Under the pieces are notes generated by a model that saw only the letters and a program-made list of their open reading frames with translations, was not told the origin of the DNA and did no database searches. Of a DNA stretch of 64,000 nt, positions 11,782 to 25,859 are shown in pieces (the stretch's first letter is position 1; each line of letters opens with the position of its first letter). The translations under genes and the position numbers were made by a program. The stretch spans positions 108,314,001 through 108,378,000 of the forward strand of contig OZ024742.1 in assembly GCA_964016885.1 (NCBI GenBank), written 5' to 3'. Source of the DNA: Eledone cirrhosa. Taxonomy: Eukaryota.

Positions 11782-14035
11782 GTTGAAACTCTTAAGGGGC
11801 AGGCCAAAAAACTAACCAACTGGAGATCGCCAGGCCCAGATGGTGTGCAGGGGTATTGGATTAAAAATATAACATCCCTCCATCGGAAACTGACAACCAT
11901 GTTCAATGACTGCTTGATGTCAGGTGAGGTACCAGAGTGGTTGACAAAAGGTACCACAGTTCTGATAATGAAAGACCGAATCAAGGGTAATGATGTTACC
12001 AACTATAGACCTATCACATGTCTGTCCGTAATGTGGAAACTGTTGACAAGCATTATGTCTGAGGAAATCTACCATCACCTCCACACAAACAACTTGTTAC
12101 CGGACGAACAGAAAGGATGCCGAAAGAAGTCCCGTGGTACAAAGGACCAGTTACTTATTGATAAGATGGTAATGAGGAATTGCAAGAGGAGACACACTGG
12201 TCTTGCCATTGGATGGATAGACTACAAAAAGGCATTTGACATGGTGCCACATTCTTGGATCACCAAAAGCCTGGAGATCTTCAGGGTGGCAGATAACATC
12301 AGACAGTTGTTGGGCAAAAGTATGAAGTCCTGGGAAACAGAGTTAACATCAGCTGGAGAATCCTTGGGAGGCGTGAAGATCAAGAGAGGTATCTTCCAGG
12401 GAGATAGTCTGTCCCCTCTGTTGTTTGTCCTTGCCCTGATGCCCCTGACCATTATACTGCGAAAAGTGAGAGCAGGATACAAGTTGGGAAAGGGAGAGAT
12501 TACCATCAATCACCTCCTCTTCATGGACGTTCTTAAACTCTTCGGGAAGAGTGAGAAGGAGTTGGATGTGCTCGTTGACACTGTCCGTATTTTCAGCAAT
12601 GATATATGTATGCAATTTGGTATTAGTAAGTGTGGAGTCCTTGTGATGAAGAGGGGTAAATTGAGCAGAAGTAACGGAATCCAGGTACCAACAGGTGAGA
12701 TGATAAAGGAAATTGACACTGAGGAGGGATACAAGTATTTGGGTGTTCTGGAGGCTGATGACATCAAGAACAAAAAATGAAGGAATTGATAAGAACTGAA
12801 TACATTCGGAGAGTAAGGAGCGTATTAAAGTCACATCTGAACAGTAGGAATGCCATAAGTGCAGTAAATTCCCGAGCTGTGTCTATTATTAGGTACAGTG
12901 CGGGAATTCTGAGATGGAATGTTGCTGAACAAAAAGAAATGGATAGGAAGACTAGGAAGCTATTGACTATCTACAACATGTTCCACAAAAGGAGTGATGT
13001 CGATAGACTCTACTTAAGGAGATCTGAAGGTGGAAGAGGTCTTATCAGCATAGAGGACTGTGTTCAGATGGAGAAAAACAACCTACACAAATACCTGACT
13101 GATAGTAAGAAGCCAATGCTCAGAACTGTACTGAAGGAGAGGACAATAGACCAGGGGATGTCCAAGGAGGAAATAACAACAAGGAGATGGAGCAGCCTTC
13201 AGGAAAAATCCCTTCATAGTACCTTCTTTGATAAAACTGAATTCAGAGATCCACAGACATGGAACTGGTTGAAAAGAGGAGACCTTAAAAAGGCTACAGA
13301 AGGAATGTTAATAGCTGCGCAAGAGCAGGCCCTCAAAACGAAGTGGTTGAAACACCATATCTACAAGGAGGAGGTTAGCCCACTGTGAAGGATCTGTGGA
13401 GAGAGAGAGGAGACTGTGGCTCACATTGTATCCGAGTGTAAACACCTAACCCAGACCCACTATAAGGGCTGGAGACATGATGTGATGGGCAGGGTGATCC
13501 ACTGGCACCTGTGCAAAGTAAACAATTTACCACATTCTGAGAAGTGGTATGAGCATAAGCCAGAGTCGGTGATAGAAAACGATCAGGTGAAGGTGCTGTG
13601 GGATTTTAGGATACAGACGGACAAGAAACCGGACCACAATAGACCTGACCTGGTGGTTGTGGACAAAGAAAAAAGATCGTGCCTGATTGTGGATGTGGCC
13701 TGCCCATTCGACACGAGAGTGCAAGAGAAGGAGAGGGAGAAAATTAACCGATACCAGGATTTAAAGTGGGAGGTAAAAAGGATTTGTAACTGCCATGAAG
13801 TCAAAGTGTTCCCGATTGTCATAGGCGCACGAGGTACTATCTCAAAGAGTTTCCAAGGATGGTTAAAGAAAATTGGCCCCGCCCCGTTTTTTGGAACACT
13901 TCAAAAGGTATGCTTGCTGGGAACAGCAAGAACCCTCCTATACGTCCTGAATATCTGAGGCTCGAGGTAGTGGCTTGATATTTATTTCAACAAACTTTCC
14001 AGTTAACTAACATCAATGACTGAGACTCAAAGAAC
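11782..14035 (+). mobile_element. R4/Dong-type RLE LINE, 5'-truncated, copy 1, inserted in (TAA)n
   Basis: RT motifs NYRPITCL, WIDYKKAFD, GIFQGDSLSP, LFMDV and YKYLG. CCHC region and RLE motif RPDLVVVD..DVACP. One frameshift and one stop; (TAA)n on both sides. Confidence 0.92.
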
Positions 14036-14083
<48 letters not shown>

Positions 14084-15754
14084 CGGGTGGAGAATCCTTG
14101 GGAGGTGTGAAGATCAAGAGAGGTATCTTCCAGGGAGATAGTTTGTCCCCTCTGTTATTTGTCCTTGCCCTGATACCCCTGACCATTATACTGCGAAAAG
14201 TGAGAGCAGGATACAAGTTGGGAAAAGGAGAGATTACCATCAATCACCTCCTCTTCATGGACGATCTTAAACTCTTCGGGAAGTGTGAGAAGGAGTTGGA
14301 TATACTTCTTGACACTGTCTGTATTTTCAGCAATGATATATGTATCCAATTTGGTATTAGTAAGTGTGGAGTCCTAGTGATGAAGAGGGGTAAATTGAGC
14401 AGAAGATATGGAATCCAGGTTCAACAGGTGAGATGATAAAGGAAATTGACACTGAAGAAGGATACAAATATTTAGGTGTTCTGGATGCAGATGACATCAA
14501 GAACAAAAAAATGAAGAAATTGATAAGATCTGAGTACATTAGGAGAGTAAGGAGCGTATTAAAATCACATCTGAAATGTAGGAATGTCATAAGTGCAGTG
14601 AATTCCCGAGCTGTGTTTATTATTAGGTACAGTGCGAGAATTCTGAAATGGAATGTTGCTGAACAAAAAGAAATGGATAGGAAGACTAAGAAGCGATTGA
14701 CTATCTACAACATATTCCACAAAAGGAGTGATGTCGATAGACTCTACTTAAGGGGATCTGAAGGTAGAAGAGGTCTTATCAGCATAGAGGACTGTGTTCA
14801 GATGGAGAAAAACAACCTACACAAATACGTGACTCTCAGTAGGGAGCCAATGCTCAGAATTGTACTGAAGGAGAGGACAATAGACCAGGGGATGTCCAAG
14901 GAGGAAATAACAAGGAGGAAGAGTAACCGTCATGAAAAATCCCTTCATAGTACCTTCTTTGAGAAAACTGAATTTAGAGATCCACAGACATGGAACTGGT
15001 TGAAAAGAGGAGACCTTAAAAAGGCTACAGAAGAAATGCTAATGGCTGCGCAAGAGCAGGCCCTCAAAACGAAGTGGATGAAACATCATATTTACAAGGA
15101 AGAGGCTAGCCCACTGTGCAGGATCTGTGGAGAGAGAGAGGAAACTGTGGCTCACATTGTATCCGAGTGTAAACACCTAGCCCAGACTGGAGACATGATG
15201 TGATGAGCAGGGTGATCCACTGGCACCTATGCAAAGTAAACAATTTACCACATTTTGAGAAGTGGTATGAGCATAAGCCAGAGTCGGTGATAGAAAACGA
15301 TCAGGTGAAGGTGCTATGGAATTTTAGGAAAACAGACGGACAAGAAATTGGAACACAATAGACCTGACCTGGTGGTTTTGGACAAAGAAAAAAGATCGTG
15401 CCTGATTGTAGATGTAGCCTGCCCGTTCGACACGAGAGTGCAAGAGTAGGAGAGGGAGAAAATTAACCGATACCAGGACTTAAAGTGGGAGGTAAAAAGG
15501 ATTTGGAACTGCCATGAAGTCAAAGTGGTCCCGATTGTCATAGGCGCACGAGGTACTATCTCAAAGAGTTTCCAAGGATGGTTAAAGAAAATTGGCCCCG
15601 CCCCGTTTTTTGGAACACTTCAAAAGGTATGCTTGCTGGGAACAGCAAGAACCCTCCTATACGTCCTGAATATCTGAGGCTCGAGGTAGTGGCTTGATAT
15701 TTATTTCAACAAACTTTCCAGTTAACTAACATCAATGACTGAGACTCAAAGAAC
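14084..15754 (+). mobile_element. R4/Dong-type LINE copy 2 (recombinant)
   Basis: Same 5' truncation point and lesions as copy 3, but its 3' end matches copy 1. Confidence 0.92.
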
Positions 15755-15805
<51 letters not shown>

Positions 15806-17477
15806 CGGGTGGAGAATCCTTGGGAGGTGTGAAGATCAAGAGAAGTATCTTCCAGGGAGATAGTTTGTCCCCTCTGTTATTTGTCCTTGCCCTGATACCC
15901 CTGACCATTATACTGCGAAAAGTGAGAGCAGGATACAAGTTGGGAAAAGGAGAGATTACCATCAATCACCTCCTCTTCATGGACGATCTTAAACTCTTCG
16001 GGAAGTGTGAGAAGGAGTTGGATATACTTCTTGACACTGTCTGTATTTTCAGCAATGATATATGTATCCAATTTGGTATTAGTAAGTGTGGAGTCCTAGT
16101 GATGAAGAGGGGTAAATTGAGCAGAAGATATGGAATCCAGGTTCAACAGGTGAGATGATAAAGGAAATTGACACTGAAGAAGGATACAAATATTTAGGTG
16201 TTCTGGATGCAGATGACATCAAGAACAAAAAAATGAAGAAATTGATAAGATCTGAGTACATTAGGAGAGTAAGGAGCGTATTAAAATCACATCTGAAATG
16301 TAGGAATGTCATAAGTGCAGTGAATTCCCGAGCTGTGTTTATTATTAGGTACAGTGCGAGAATTCTGAAATGGAATGTTGCTGAACAAAAAGAAATGGAT
16401 AGGAAGACTAAGAAGCGATTGACTATCTACAACATATTCCACAAAAGGAGTGATGTCGATAGACTCTACTTAAGGGGATCTGAAGGTAGAAGAGGTCTTA
16501 TCAGCATAGAGGACTGTGTTCAGATGGAGAAAAACAACCTACACAAATACGTGACTCTCAGTAGGGAGCCAATGCTCAGAATTGTACTGAAGGAGAGGAC
16601 AATAGACCAGGGGATGTCCAAGGAGGAAATAACAAGGAGGAAGAGTAACCGTCATGAAAAATCCCTTCATAGTACCTTCTTTGAGAAAACTGAATTTAGA
16701 GATCCACAGACATGGAACTGGTTGAAAAGAGGAGACCTTAAAAAGGCTACAGAAGAAATGCTAATGGCTGCGCAAGAGCAGGCCCTCAAAACGAAGTGGA
16801 TGAAACATCATATTTACAAGGAAGAGGCTAGCCCACTGTGCAGGATCTGTGGAGAGAGAGAGGAAACTGTGGCTCACATTGTATCCGAGTGTAAACACCT
16901 AGCCCAGACTGGAGACATGATGTGATGAGCAGGGTGATCCACTGGCACCTATGCAAAGTAAACAATTTACCACATTTTGAGAAGTGGTATGAGCATAAGC
17001 CAGAGTCGGTGATAGAAAACGATCAGGTGAAGGTGCTATGGAATTTTAGGAAAACAGACGGACAAGAAATTGGAACACAATAGACCTGACCTGGTGGTTT
17101 TGGACAAAGAAAAAAGATCGTGCCTGATTGTAGATGTAGCCTGCCCGTTCGACACGAGAGTGCAAGAGTAGGAGAGGGAGAAAATTAACCGATACCAGGA
17201 CTTAAAGTGGGAGGTAAAAAGGATTTGGAACTGTCATGAAGTCAAAGTGGTCCCGATTGTCATAGGCGCACTAGGTACTATCTCAAAGAGTTTCCAAGGA
17301 TGGTTAAAGAAAATTAGTCCCAGCCCCGCTGTTTGGAACACTTCAAAAGGCATGCTTGCTGGGAACAGCAAGAACCCTACGATACGTCCAGAATATCTGA
17401 GGCTGCAGGTAGTGGCTTGATATTCATTTCAACAAACTTTCCAGTTAAATAACATCAATGACTGAGACTCAAAGAAC
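15806..17477 (+). mobile_element. R4/Dong-type LINE copy 3
   Basis: 1722-bp offset from copy 2; motifs LFMDD and CRICGEREETVAHIVSEC; (TAA)n tail. Confidence 0.92.
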
Positions 17478-17490
17478 AATAATAATAATG

Positions 17491-19790
17491 ATTTCATTTA
17501 TTGTCCACAAGGGCAGACATATAGGGGACAATACAAAAGACTGGGACAGTGGGGTTTTACAGAAAAATCGAGTAAACAATATGAATAACAATAACAAAGT
17601 AACAATAAAGTAACAAGAAAATTACAACAAGAAAAAATTCCCCAATAGGGGGGATGACCACCTAAGGTTCGCTCAGGTACCCCACCAGTCCTGAACGACC
17701 CGACGCTTCGAGGGCACCCTGGAAAGGCACCCCTCTACTCTTCAAATTTACCCACCCACAGCCGCATGACCAAAGTAGGCCCACTCACACGTGCCATTCT
17801 CGCCACATTCACCCACCTTTCAGCAAATGTACTGGGGGGAAGCACTTCTCTCTCCACCCTCACCTTCCTTTCCAAGTGAAACTTGAAAAAGTTGATGAGT
17901 GATTGGCCGAAGAGAAAAGTGTCTGTCCTCAGTCCTTTCAATCTCGTCCACCACACAACCTCTTTCGCCACTGCCACCAGACAGAGGAAAATTACCCGCC
18001 CCTCCTAGCCAAAAGAAGGCGGCGGGTTGATCTTCACTATTGACTCGGCCGATAGCCGGATCCGTCCTACACGCGACAACAGCTGTTCAACATAACTCCA
18101 CAAGTCAGTAATGCACGGACACTGGACGAGTGCGTGCAGAACGGTTTCGTCGCTCCGCGCGCATCTCGGGCAGGTCCGCCTGACAGCACTTCCGTGCCTG
18201 TAGAGTTTATCTCGAACCGGCAGTGCCCCCCGGTAGCACTGCCAAGCGAGGGATTTTTGGAAATTATCCATCGTCCCCGGCTCGAAAGTCCTCCGGTACA
18301 GACTGGTTAGTTCGACTTCGTTGACTCCCAGAGCCTCTCCGAGTGCGTCATCGCACTTGCCCACAACTAATCCTCTATAGAACTCGAGAGTGGAAATTCC
18401 ACTGACCGCATTGCCCGCCCGGTAGAGGGCAGTGAGTGCCTGGCAACATTCCAGATGCCAGTCACCCAGTCTCGCCCCTTCCCCCCTCCCTGACCCAGGA
18501 CCGCAACTCTGTCAAAGAAACGAGCTGCTGAAAGGCCCGTCTGACAAACGGCGACCACACCTGTTCACCGTTTAGGCAGAATATCTGGAGATGCCGCAGC
18601 CTCAGCGCGTGCCTGCGCATCATTAGCCACGGCATGCCCAGCCCTCCACGTAGAGGGTGCTGGCAGCAGATGGACCGCCTCACCAGCGGAACCTGACCCC
18701 TCCACAAGAATTTGAAGAGGAGCCGCTCCAAGATGGCGAGGCGCTAACAGGGGCAAGGGACTACAGTCAGACGGTAGTAGATGACGGATGCGATGTACGC
18801 GTTCGCCACCTCCGCCCGACCTTTCAGTGATAGCTTCATCCCAGCCCATTTCTGGATGAGACTGACTACCCTGCCCGTCACCTCGTCCCAATTCTTATAC
18901 ACCTGGAGGTCTGGCCTGAACCAAACCCCTAGCAACTTTATCGGTCCGTCCGTCCAGCGCCTAACGACGCTGTTGGACGGCATAGACTTGCCTTTCCAGG
19001 TGCCGAGTTGCAATCCCACTGACTTTTCCGGGTTAGGTTTTGCTCCCGTCAACTTTTCATATTCCTCCAATAAGTTGCCGACCACCTCGATTTCTGAGGT
19101 GTCCGACACCATCACGGTGATGTCGTCCGCATAAGCCGACACAGCCTTTCTGCGTCCCGGTTCGAGCGGGATGCCCTGCAACAGCTCCAGCTTCTGCAGT
19201 AAAGGCTCGAGAGTCAATACGTACAGAAGGGAGGAGAGAGGGCACCCTTGACGGACCGATCGGAAGACCTTAAACGGTTCCGAGAGGTGGCCATTAATTT
19301 TGACCATCGAGCAGGTGCCGCTGTGCATTGCAGCGATCCAGCTTCTGAAGACGGGGCCGGAGCCAGCCGCCTTGAGGACAGCCTCCAGGTACCGATGGTC
19401 GACCCTATCGAATGCTTTTGATTGATCTAAATTGATCAGAGCCCCACCGAAGCCAGGTCCACACCCCACCCTCTCCATGATGCATCTCACTAGGTGGAGG
19501 TTGTCGTGTATGGACCTGGTTGGGATTGCGCATAACTGAGCTTCCTCGCAGCCCATTTATGGATGAGACTGGCTGCCCTGCTCGTTACCTCGTCCCAATT
19601 CTTATCCACCTGGAAGTCTGGCCCGAACCAAACCCCGAGCAACTTTACCGGTCCGTCCGTACAGCGCCCAACGATGCTGTTGGACGGCACGGATTTGCCT
19701 CTCCAGGTGCCGAGTTGCAAGCCCACCCATTTTTCCGGGTTAAGTTTTGCTCCCGTCAACCGTTCATATTCCTCCAATAAGTTGCCAACC
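17491..19790 (-). mobile_element. Tx1-clade LINE, family C, 5'-truncated, with a duplicated 5' segment
   Basis: RT motifs LDQSKAFDRV, VRQGCPLS and YADD; C-terminal CPRC..H..C; 3' end AATAAATGAAAT. Confidence 0.9.
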
Positions 19791-20080
19791 ATAATACAAC
19801 GAAAAATGTACACAAAACAAACATGCAGATATACAGACGTTCGCTCTTTGAACTTAAAGAAAAACTATTTGAAGAAGAAAAACAGTCGTAGATCGGACGA
19901 CACACGTTGCTTATTTCGAGGAGTAAGTTTTGTTTAATTTGGTATTCCCTAACACGAAAACTCGACAAATTATTTCACCACTTATCTCTACAAATAATCT
20001 GACACTAGTTGTGAGAACTGCATAAATATTTTTATATATTTACCCATTACAATCGCTGTTTTCATATTATTATTTGAAGA

Positions 20081-20265
20081 CGCCGAGGTTGACTTTGCCT
20101 TTCATCCTTATGGGGTCGATAAAATAAAGTACCAGTAATGCACTGGGTAATTGCTGGCCTTGTGCCTAAAGTAGAGACAATTATTTGAAGAGGGGTCGAT
20201 AAAATAAAGTACCAGTAATGCACTGGGTTTTGCTGGCCTTGTGCCTAAAGTAGAAACAATTATTT
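20081..20265 (+). mobile_element. Two stacked 5'-truncated SINE insertions
   Basis: The SINE 3' part occurs twice, each time bounded by ATTATTTG(T)AGA/ATTATTTGAAGA. Confidence 0.8.
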
Positions 20266-21011
20266 GTAGAAGAGAACCAGACATAGATCGGAAAACTCAC
20301 TGTTTATTTCGGGGGATAAGTTCTGTTTAATCAAAGATACGACTAATTATTATGCAATCATCTCTGTGCCTGAAGATGTGAAAGGTGCATATATATTTTT
20401 TAATATATCCCCAATACAATTTTCTTTTTTTACATTTTGGTCGATTGTGGCTAAATTTCAGATTTTAAAAGGAAATTGGACAGTTGAAAGATCACTTCTC
20501 TCTCCCACCACCACATTCACACCACTTCCTCACACATTCACTCCAGTAAATCCCCAATCTATTTTAGACTACTGTCACTGACTGCTACCTATCTCCCTTC
20601 TCAGTGTCTAATGTGTGGGTATATATATATGTGTGTATATATACATATGTGTGTATAAGTATGCACGTGTGAATGTATATTTATGTATGTGTATGGAGCT
20701 CACATAAAGGACAAAACAAAGGGGAAGAAAAAAAAAAGAATACTAGCACCCCATTTACACCTCAAACTAAAAATAGACAGAAAATAACATCGGAAAAGCA
20801 ACTCCTATAAGCTACAATGTCACCCTACCCACTACCACTCCCAGCAGCCCACCCCCAGCATTAATCTCCCTGCCACCACGACCAACACAACTCACACCAC
20901 AAGAACAGTTGAGAAAATTCTCGTACACCTCTTACAGCTGCAACCATAACAATATCACCTCAATCAACAACCATATGTTAAGCAATGACCATAACTATAC
21001 TGTTATAGAAG

Positions 21012-21191
21012 TAATAATTGTTTCTACTTTAGGAACAAGGCCAGCAATAACCCAGTACATTACTGGTACTTTATTTTATCGACCCCGTAAGGATGAAAGG
21101 CAAAGTCAACCTCGGCGGGATTTGAACTCAGATCGTAAAAGGACGTAACTATGCTGGAAAGCATGGTGTCCGACCCTCTACCGATACTGCC
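21012..21191 (-). mobile_element. tRNA-derived SINE
   Basis: Same family as 11262-11451. Confidence 0.88.
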
Positions 21192-21199
21192 AACAAATA

Positions 21200-24100
21200 A
21201 TGATTGGTAATTCTGTGACAAAAGAAATCATAGAAGAACTAGAACTCGGTCTTACTGAGTTAAATGAAATCATTTATGCATCTGCTAGAGTAATTGAAAC
21301 AAGTTGTTTACCACCAAAAAAACAAAAAAGTCGAACCTTCGAAGTAAACCAATTTGGAGGAGTAGAATCGAAAAGGAGATTGACGTAATGAGAGGAGAAA
21401 TATCTTTATTGAGTGAGTTAACCGCTGGAAATGATATAAGATCCAAGAAGGTAAGAAAGCTAAAGAGAAAATATGGACTGTCTTCTAGAGAAGCAATAGT
21501 TTCAACAAAAGAATCTCTGAAACAAAAGGTCCAAGTAAAAGCCCAACGAATTCATAGATTCGAGAAGCGAAACAACTTCTACAGGCAAAATAAGTTGTTC
21601 TCATCCAATGCCAAGACATTTTATAGAGAAGTAGGGAAGAAAAAAATAATTATTGAAGACCCCCGTCCATAGAAGTTGAAAACTTCTGGAGTAAGATTTG
21701 GAGGGATGAGAAAACATATAATGCTAATGTAGATTGGATTAGTCGCCTGGAAAAATCCAACACAAATTTAGAAGAACAGGCGTGGGAAGACATCTCTCTA
21801 GCGGACTTAAGGACAGCACTCAATAAATCTCATAAATGGAAATCTCCTGGTAGAGACAGGGTGCCAAATTTCTGGCTTTGCTCACTCCCGTGCACTCACA
21901 ATATATTGGTCAAGCTGTTTAATGGAATTATGAAAGATCAAAAAAATACACCTGATTGGATAGCAAGTGGCATTACCTACCTTCTTCCAAAGAACAACGA
22001 AACCAAATATCCAAAAAACTATCGGCCCATAACCTGCTTGTCCACCACTTATGAACTATTAATCTCTATTCTCATGGAAAAATCATACGTGTTTTTGGAG
22101 AACAATCTTTTCCCCATTGAACGAAAAGGGTACAGACGAGGTTCATATGACTGCGAAGATCAACTTTTGATTAATCGTATGATCTTTCAGAACTGTCATA
22201 ATAAACACAGAAATCTCAGTTCTGCATGGATCGATTATAAAAAAGCCTACCGCACTCAGGGATTCTAAAATCACTGGAAATCTTTAAAATCTCACTTGTG
22301 ATCTCAAACTTCCTGAAACACAATATGTCATTATGGTACACAAATCTCCAATTGTCTCATTCCACTGGGGTTCTGTGCCCTAGGAATATAGACATCAACT
22401 GTGGTATATTCCAGGGTGAATCACTTTCACCCTTGCTTTTCTGCATAGCTTTAATACCCCTTACATCTGAGCTTAATAGAACAGAGTACGGTTATAGAAT
22501 TGACAACAAAAAAATAAGCCACCTATTTTATATGGATGATTTGAAGCTATATTGCAAAAATGATGACGAACTGGAAGGCCTTTTGCGGACAGTAAAAACG
22601 GTTAGCAATGACATCAGGATGGAGTTTGGACTTGACAAGTGTTCAAAAGCCACTTTCAATGAGAAGCTTGTCAACTCAGACTCAGTTGAATTGGATGCTG
22701 AAACAATCATAAAGGAACTTGAACAGGAACAAACCTATAAATACTTAGGTAATAATGAGGGCCCTGGCATACAACATGCTATAAGAAAGAGAGGATAAGG
22801 AAAGAATGTCACAGGAGAGTACGTGCAGTTCTGAGATCAGAACTAAATGCTCGTAACAAGGTGCTAGCCATAAATTCCTTGGCAGTCCCAGTTGTCACTT
22901 ATAGCTTCGGTGTGTTGAACTGGAATATGAGTGAAATCAAAAGAATCGACACCAAAGTCCCTAAGCTACTGACCTGTAATAGGATGCACCACCCAAAAGC
23001 AGATGTGAATCGTCTTTACCTTCCTAGAACTCAAGGAGGCCATGGCTTGATCCAATTTGAACCTGCTTACAAGACCACCATCATTGGACTGGCCAAATAC
23101 CTTGAAACAACTAACAACTGTATGCTGAAACTTGTTGAAAAGCATGAGAGAAGTAAGAAGCTTCATTCTATATTAAAGGAGAGCAAAATATAGTCTACTG
23201 ATCTCATACTTGATAGCCAGGCTGGGCAGACTAAAGAAACTGTTGCAACTGATGCTGCTAGGCACATAAAATTACTGGCAAAAGCAAAAGGGCAATGACA
23301 ATTAGCATTAAATTGGGAGCAGAAACCTCTGCATGGCAAACATGTGGCCCGTAGCAACCAAGCTGATGTTGACCAAAAGCACACCCATCAGTGGCTACGT
23401 AGTTCAGGGCTAAAGGCGGAGAGTGAAGGCTTCATCTTAGCTGTCCAACATCAAAGCTTATTGACTCGTAATTACCAGGCCAATGTGATGAGAATCGGAA
23501 TAAACCCAAAGTACCGATTCTGCAATGCTGAGGTTGAAAGAGTGGATCACTTCGTCTCTGGATGTAAAGTTTTAGCACCAGTAGAATACAAATATAGACA
23601 TGACAGAGTTGGCCAATATCTACACTGGGTAATATGTCGGCATTACAAAATCAAAGCTGAAGACAAGTGGTACAATCATCACCCTGAGGCTGTAACTGAA
23701 GGAGAAAAAGTAAGAATTCTCTGGGACTTTCCTGTACACACTGACAGGACCATAAAAACAAATAGACCTGACACCAATGTAAAAAATCAACATAACAAGG
23801 TCTGTTTATTGATAGATATGAGCATCCCATGTGATCACAATATCGCGGCAAAAGAAAATATAAAGATCTGTTTAGAAATTGAGAAAATGTGGCACCTCAA
23901 GGCCGTTATAATACCAGTGACTGTGGGAGGACTGGGAATGATCAAGAAAGGAACAGAACAATATTTGCGAATGATTCCTGGTTTACCTCCTCTGCACGAG
24001 GTGCAAAAAATTGTTTTGACTGGTACTGCACACGTATTGAGAAGACACTATCTCTGTAAGATTGATATCCCTCCTTGTATTTACTTATGCATATGTACAT

Positions 24101-24260
24101 GTGTATATATGTATACTGTTTTTTTTTTGTTTTTTTTTTAATTATAATCAATGTGCTGTATTAACTGGCTTACCAATGCACACTGTGAATTTATTTGCTC
24201 TAGGTGTCAGGAAGACACTCGGCATATATCTCAGAAACAATAATGAAATAAAATAAAAAC
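21200..24260 (+). mobile_element. Degenerate R4/Dong-type LINE (second family)
   Basis: Motifs KNYRPITCL, WIDYKKA, GIFQGESLSP, FYMDD, YKYLG and NRPD..IDMSIP; many stops and frameshifts; TAA/TGA-repeat tail. Confidence 0.88.
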
Positions 24261-24309
24261 AATAATGGTAATAATAATAATGATGATGATGATGATGATG
24301 ATGACAATA

Positions 24310-25420
24310 AACACAGTACAAGCATTTGAAGATGGATGAAACTGAAAGTAGATAGATTGAAAAAAGAATGTTTAGACAATTCCATAGAGATGTTGAAGAT
24401 AGGACAGACACAGAATAAAGATGCTTATATATTTTGCAAATAATGACGATTCTGCAATTAAAGCCGCAAAGAACCACAACACGTTGGCACAACATAAAGG
24501 TCAACGGAGACAGTGCACTAAATGGGAACAAAAATCACTGCATGTTCTCCGTAGCATAGAACCTGATGTAGATCAAACCCATCAGTGGCTACGGAGGTGT
24601 TCTGAGATAAAAGCAGAGAATGGGGGATTCATTTTGGCTGCACAAGACCACAAGATTTTGGCTGCACAAGAAAGCGCAACTTTCACGCTAATGTGATCAG
24701 AAATGGGAATGACCCAAAGTGTCTATTCTGTGATGAGCATGATGAGATCATTGACCATCTGGTTTCAGACTGCAAAGGAATATAAAACGAAGCATAATTG
24801 AGTGGAACAATATTTACACTGGGTAATATGCAGGGATTTTGGTCTGAAAATGGAAGGAAAATGGTACAGCCATCACCCAAAAGTAGTAACAGGAGACGAG
24901 AATGTGACAGAGCAATGAAATGTTAATAGGCCTGATGTAATTGTGAAGGACCATAAAGAGAACACATGTTCTTTAATTGACATGAGCATTCCATCAGATC
25001 GTAACCTCTCCTCGAAAAAGTTAAGAAAACTCAGTAAACATAAAATTCTGATAATTGAAATTGAGAAAACGTGGCAACTTAAAGCCTGTACAATACCAAT
25101 GATAGTCGAGTCACTTGAAATGATAATAAAGGGAACTGGAAAATATTTAGACAAGGCACCTGGAAAGCCATTTCTGCAAGAGATGTAGAAAATATTGCTG
25201 ACTGGCATTGTCCATGTCCTGAGAAAGTCATTATCAATTTTAAAACATTGAAAAGAGATTTACTGTTGTTTATGCCCCTGTGGAATAAATTGTATGACAA
25301 TTTATTGTAAAATGTGTGTATTATCAAATTTTGCCGCAGGTGTCAGGTTGATACTCGGCATGATTTGGGAAAGAAGCAGAATTCAAATGAAGTTTCAAAT
25401 AAGGATAACAATGATGATGA
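24310..25420 (+). mobile_element. Highly degenerate 3' fragment of an R4/Dong-type LINE, in tandem behind the previous one
   Basis: Motifs THQWLR, GFILAAQD and LIDMSIPSD. Confidence 0.75.
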
Positions 25421-25859
25421 TTTCTAATCTAAGCATAAGGCAGGAAAAGTCAATTATATCGAGCTCATTATGTTATTGTAACTCAATTTTATCGATCCCA
25501 GGCGGTGAAAGGCAAAGTTGACTATGGTGGGATTTGAACTCAGAATATAAAATGCAGAAACTAAATGCTGCAAAGCATTTTGTTCGACGCTTTCACGACC
25601 TAGGTAATCCAATAATAATGATAATAACAATAAGAAAATAATAATACAAAATTGTATTAACACTATTTAGCGCATTTGTACATTTTTTATTGATTCCTAC
25701 AATGGAATAAGGAATACTGGTGATAATAGCAGCAGCTATCTGTGCAGTAACATCGATGACAGAAATATGGAAATTGTAGAAACATATTTTTAATGCTTTT
25801 TGTTCAGATTTCTCTCTTTCCTTCTCGTATAAATATTATGATTATTAGTGTGGCTATTG

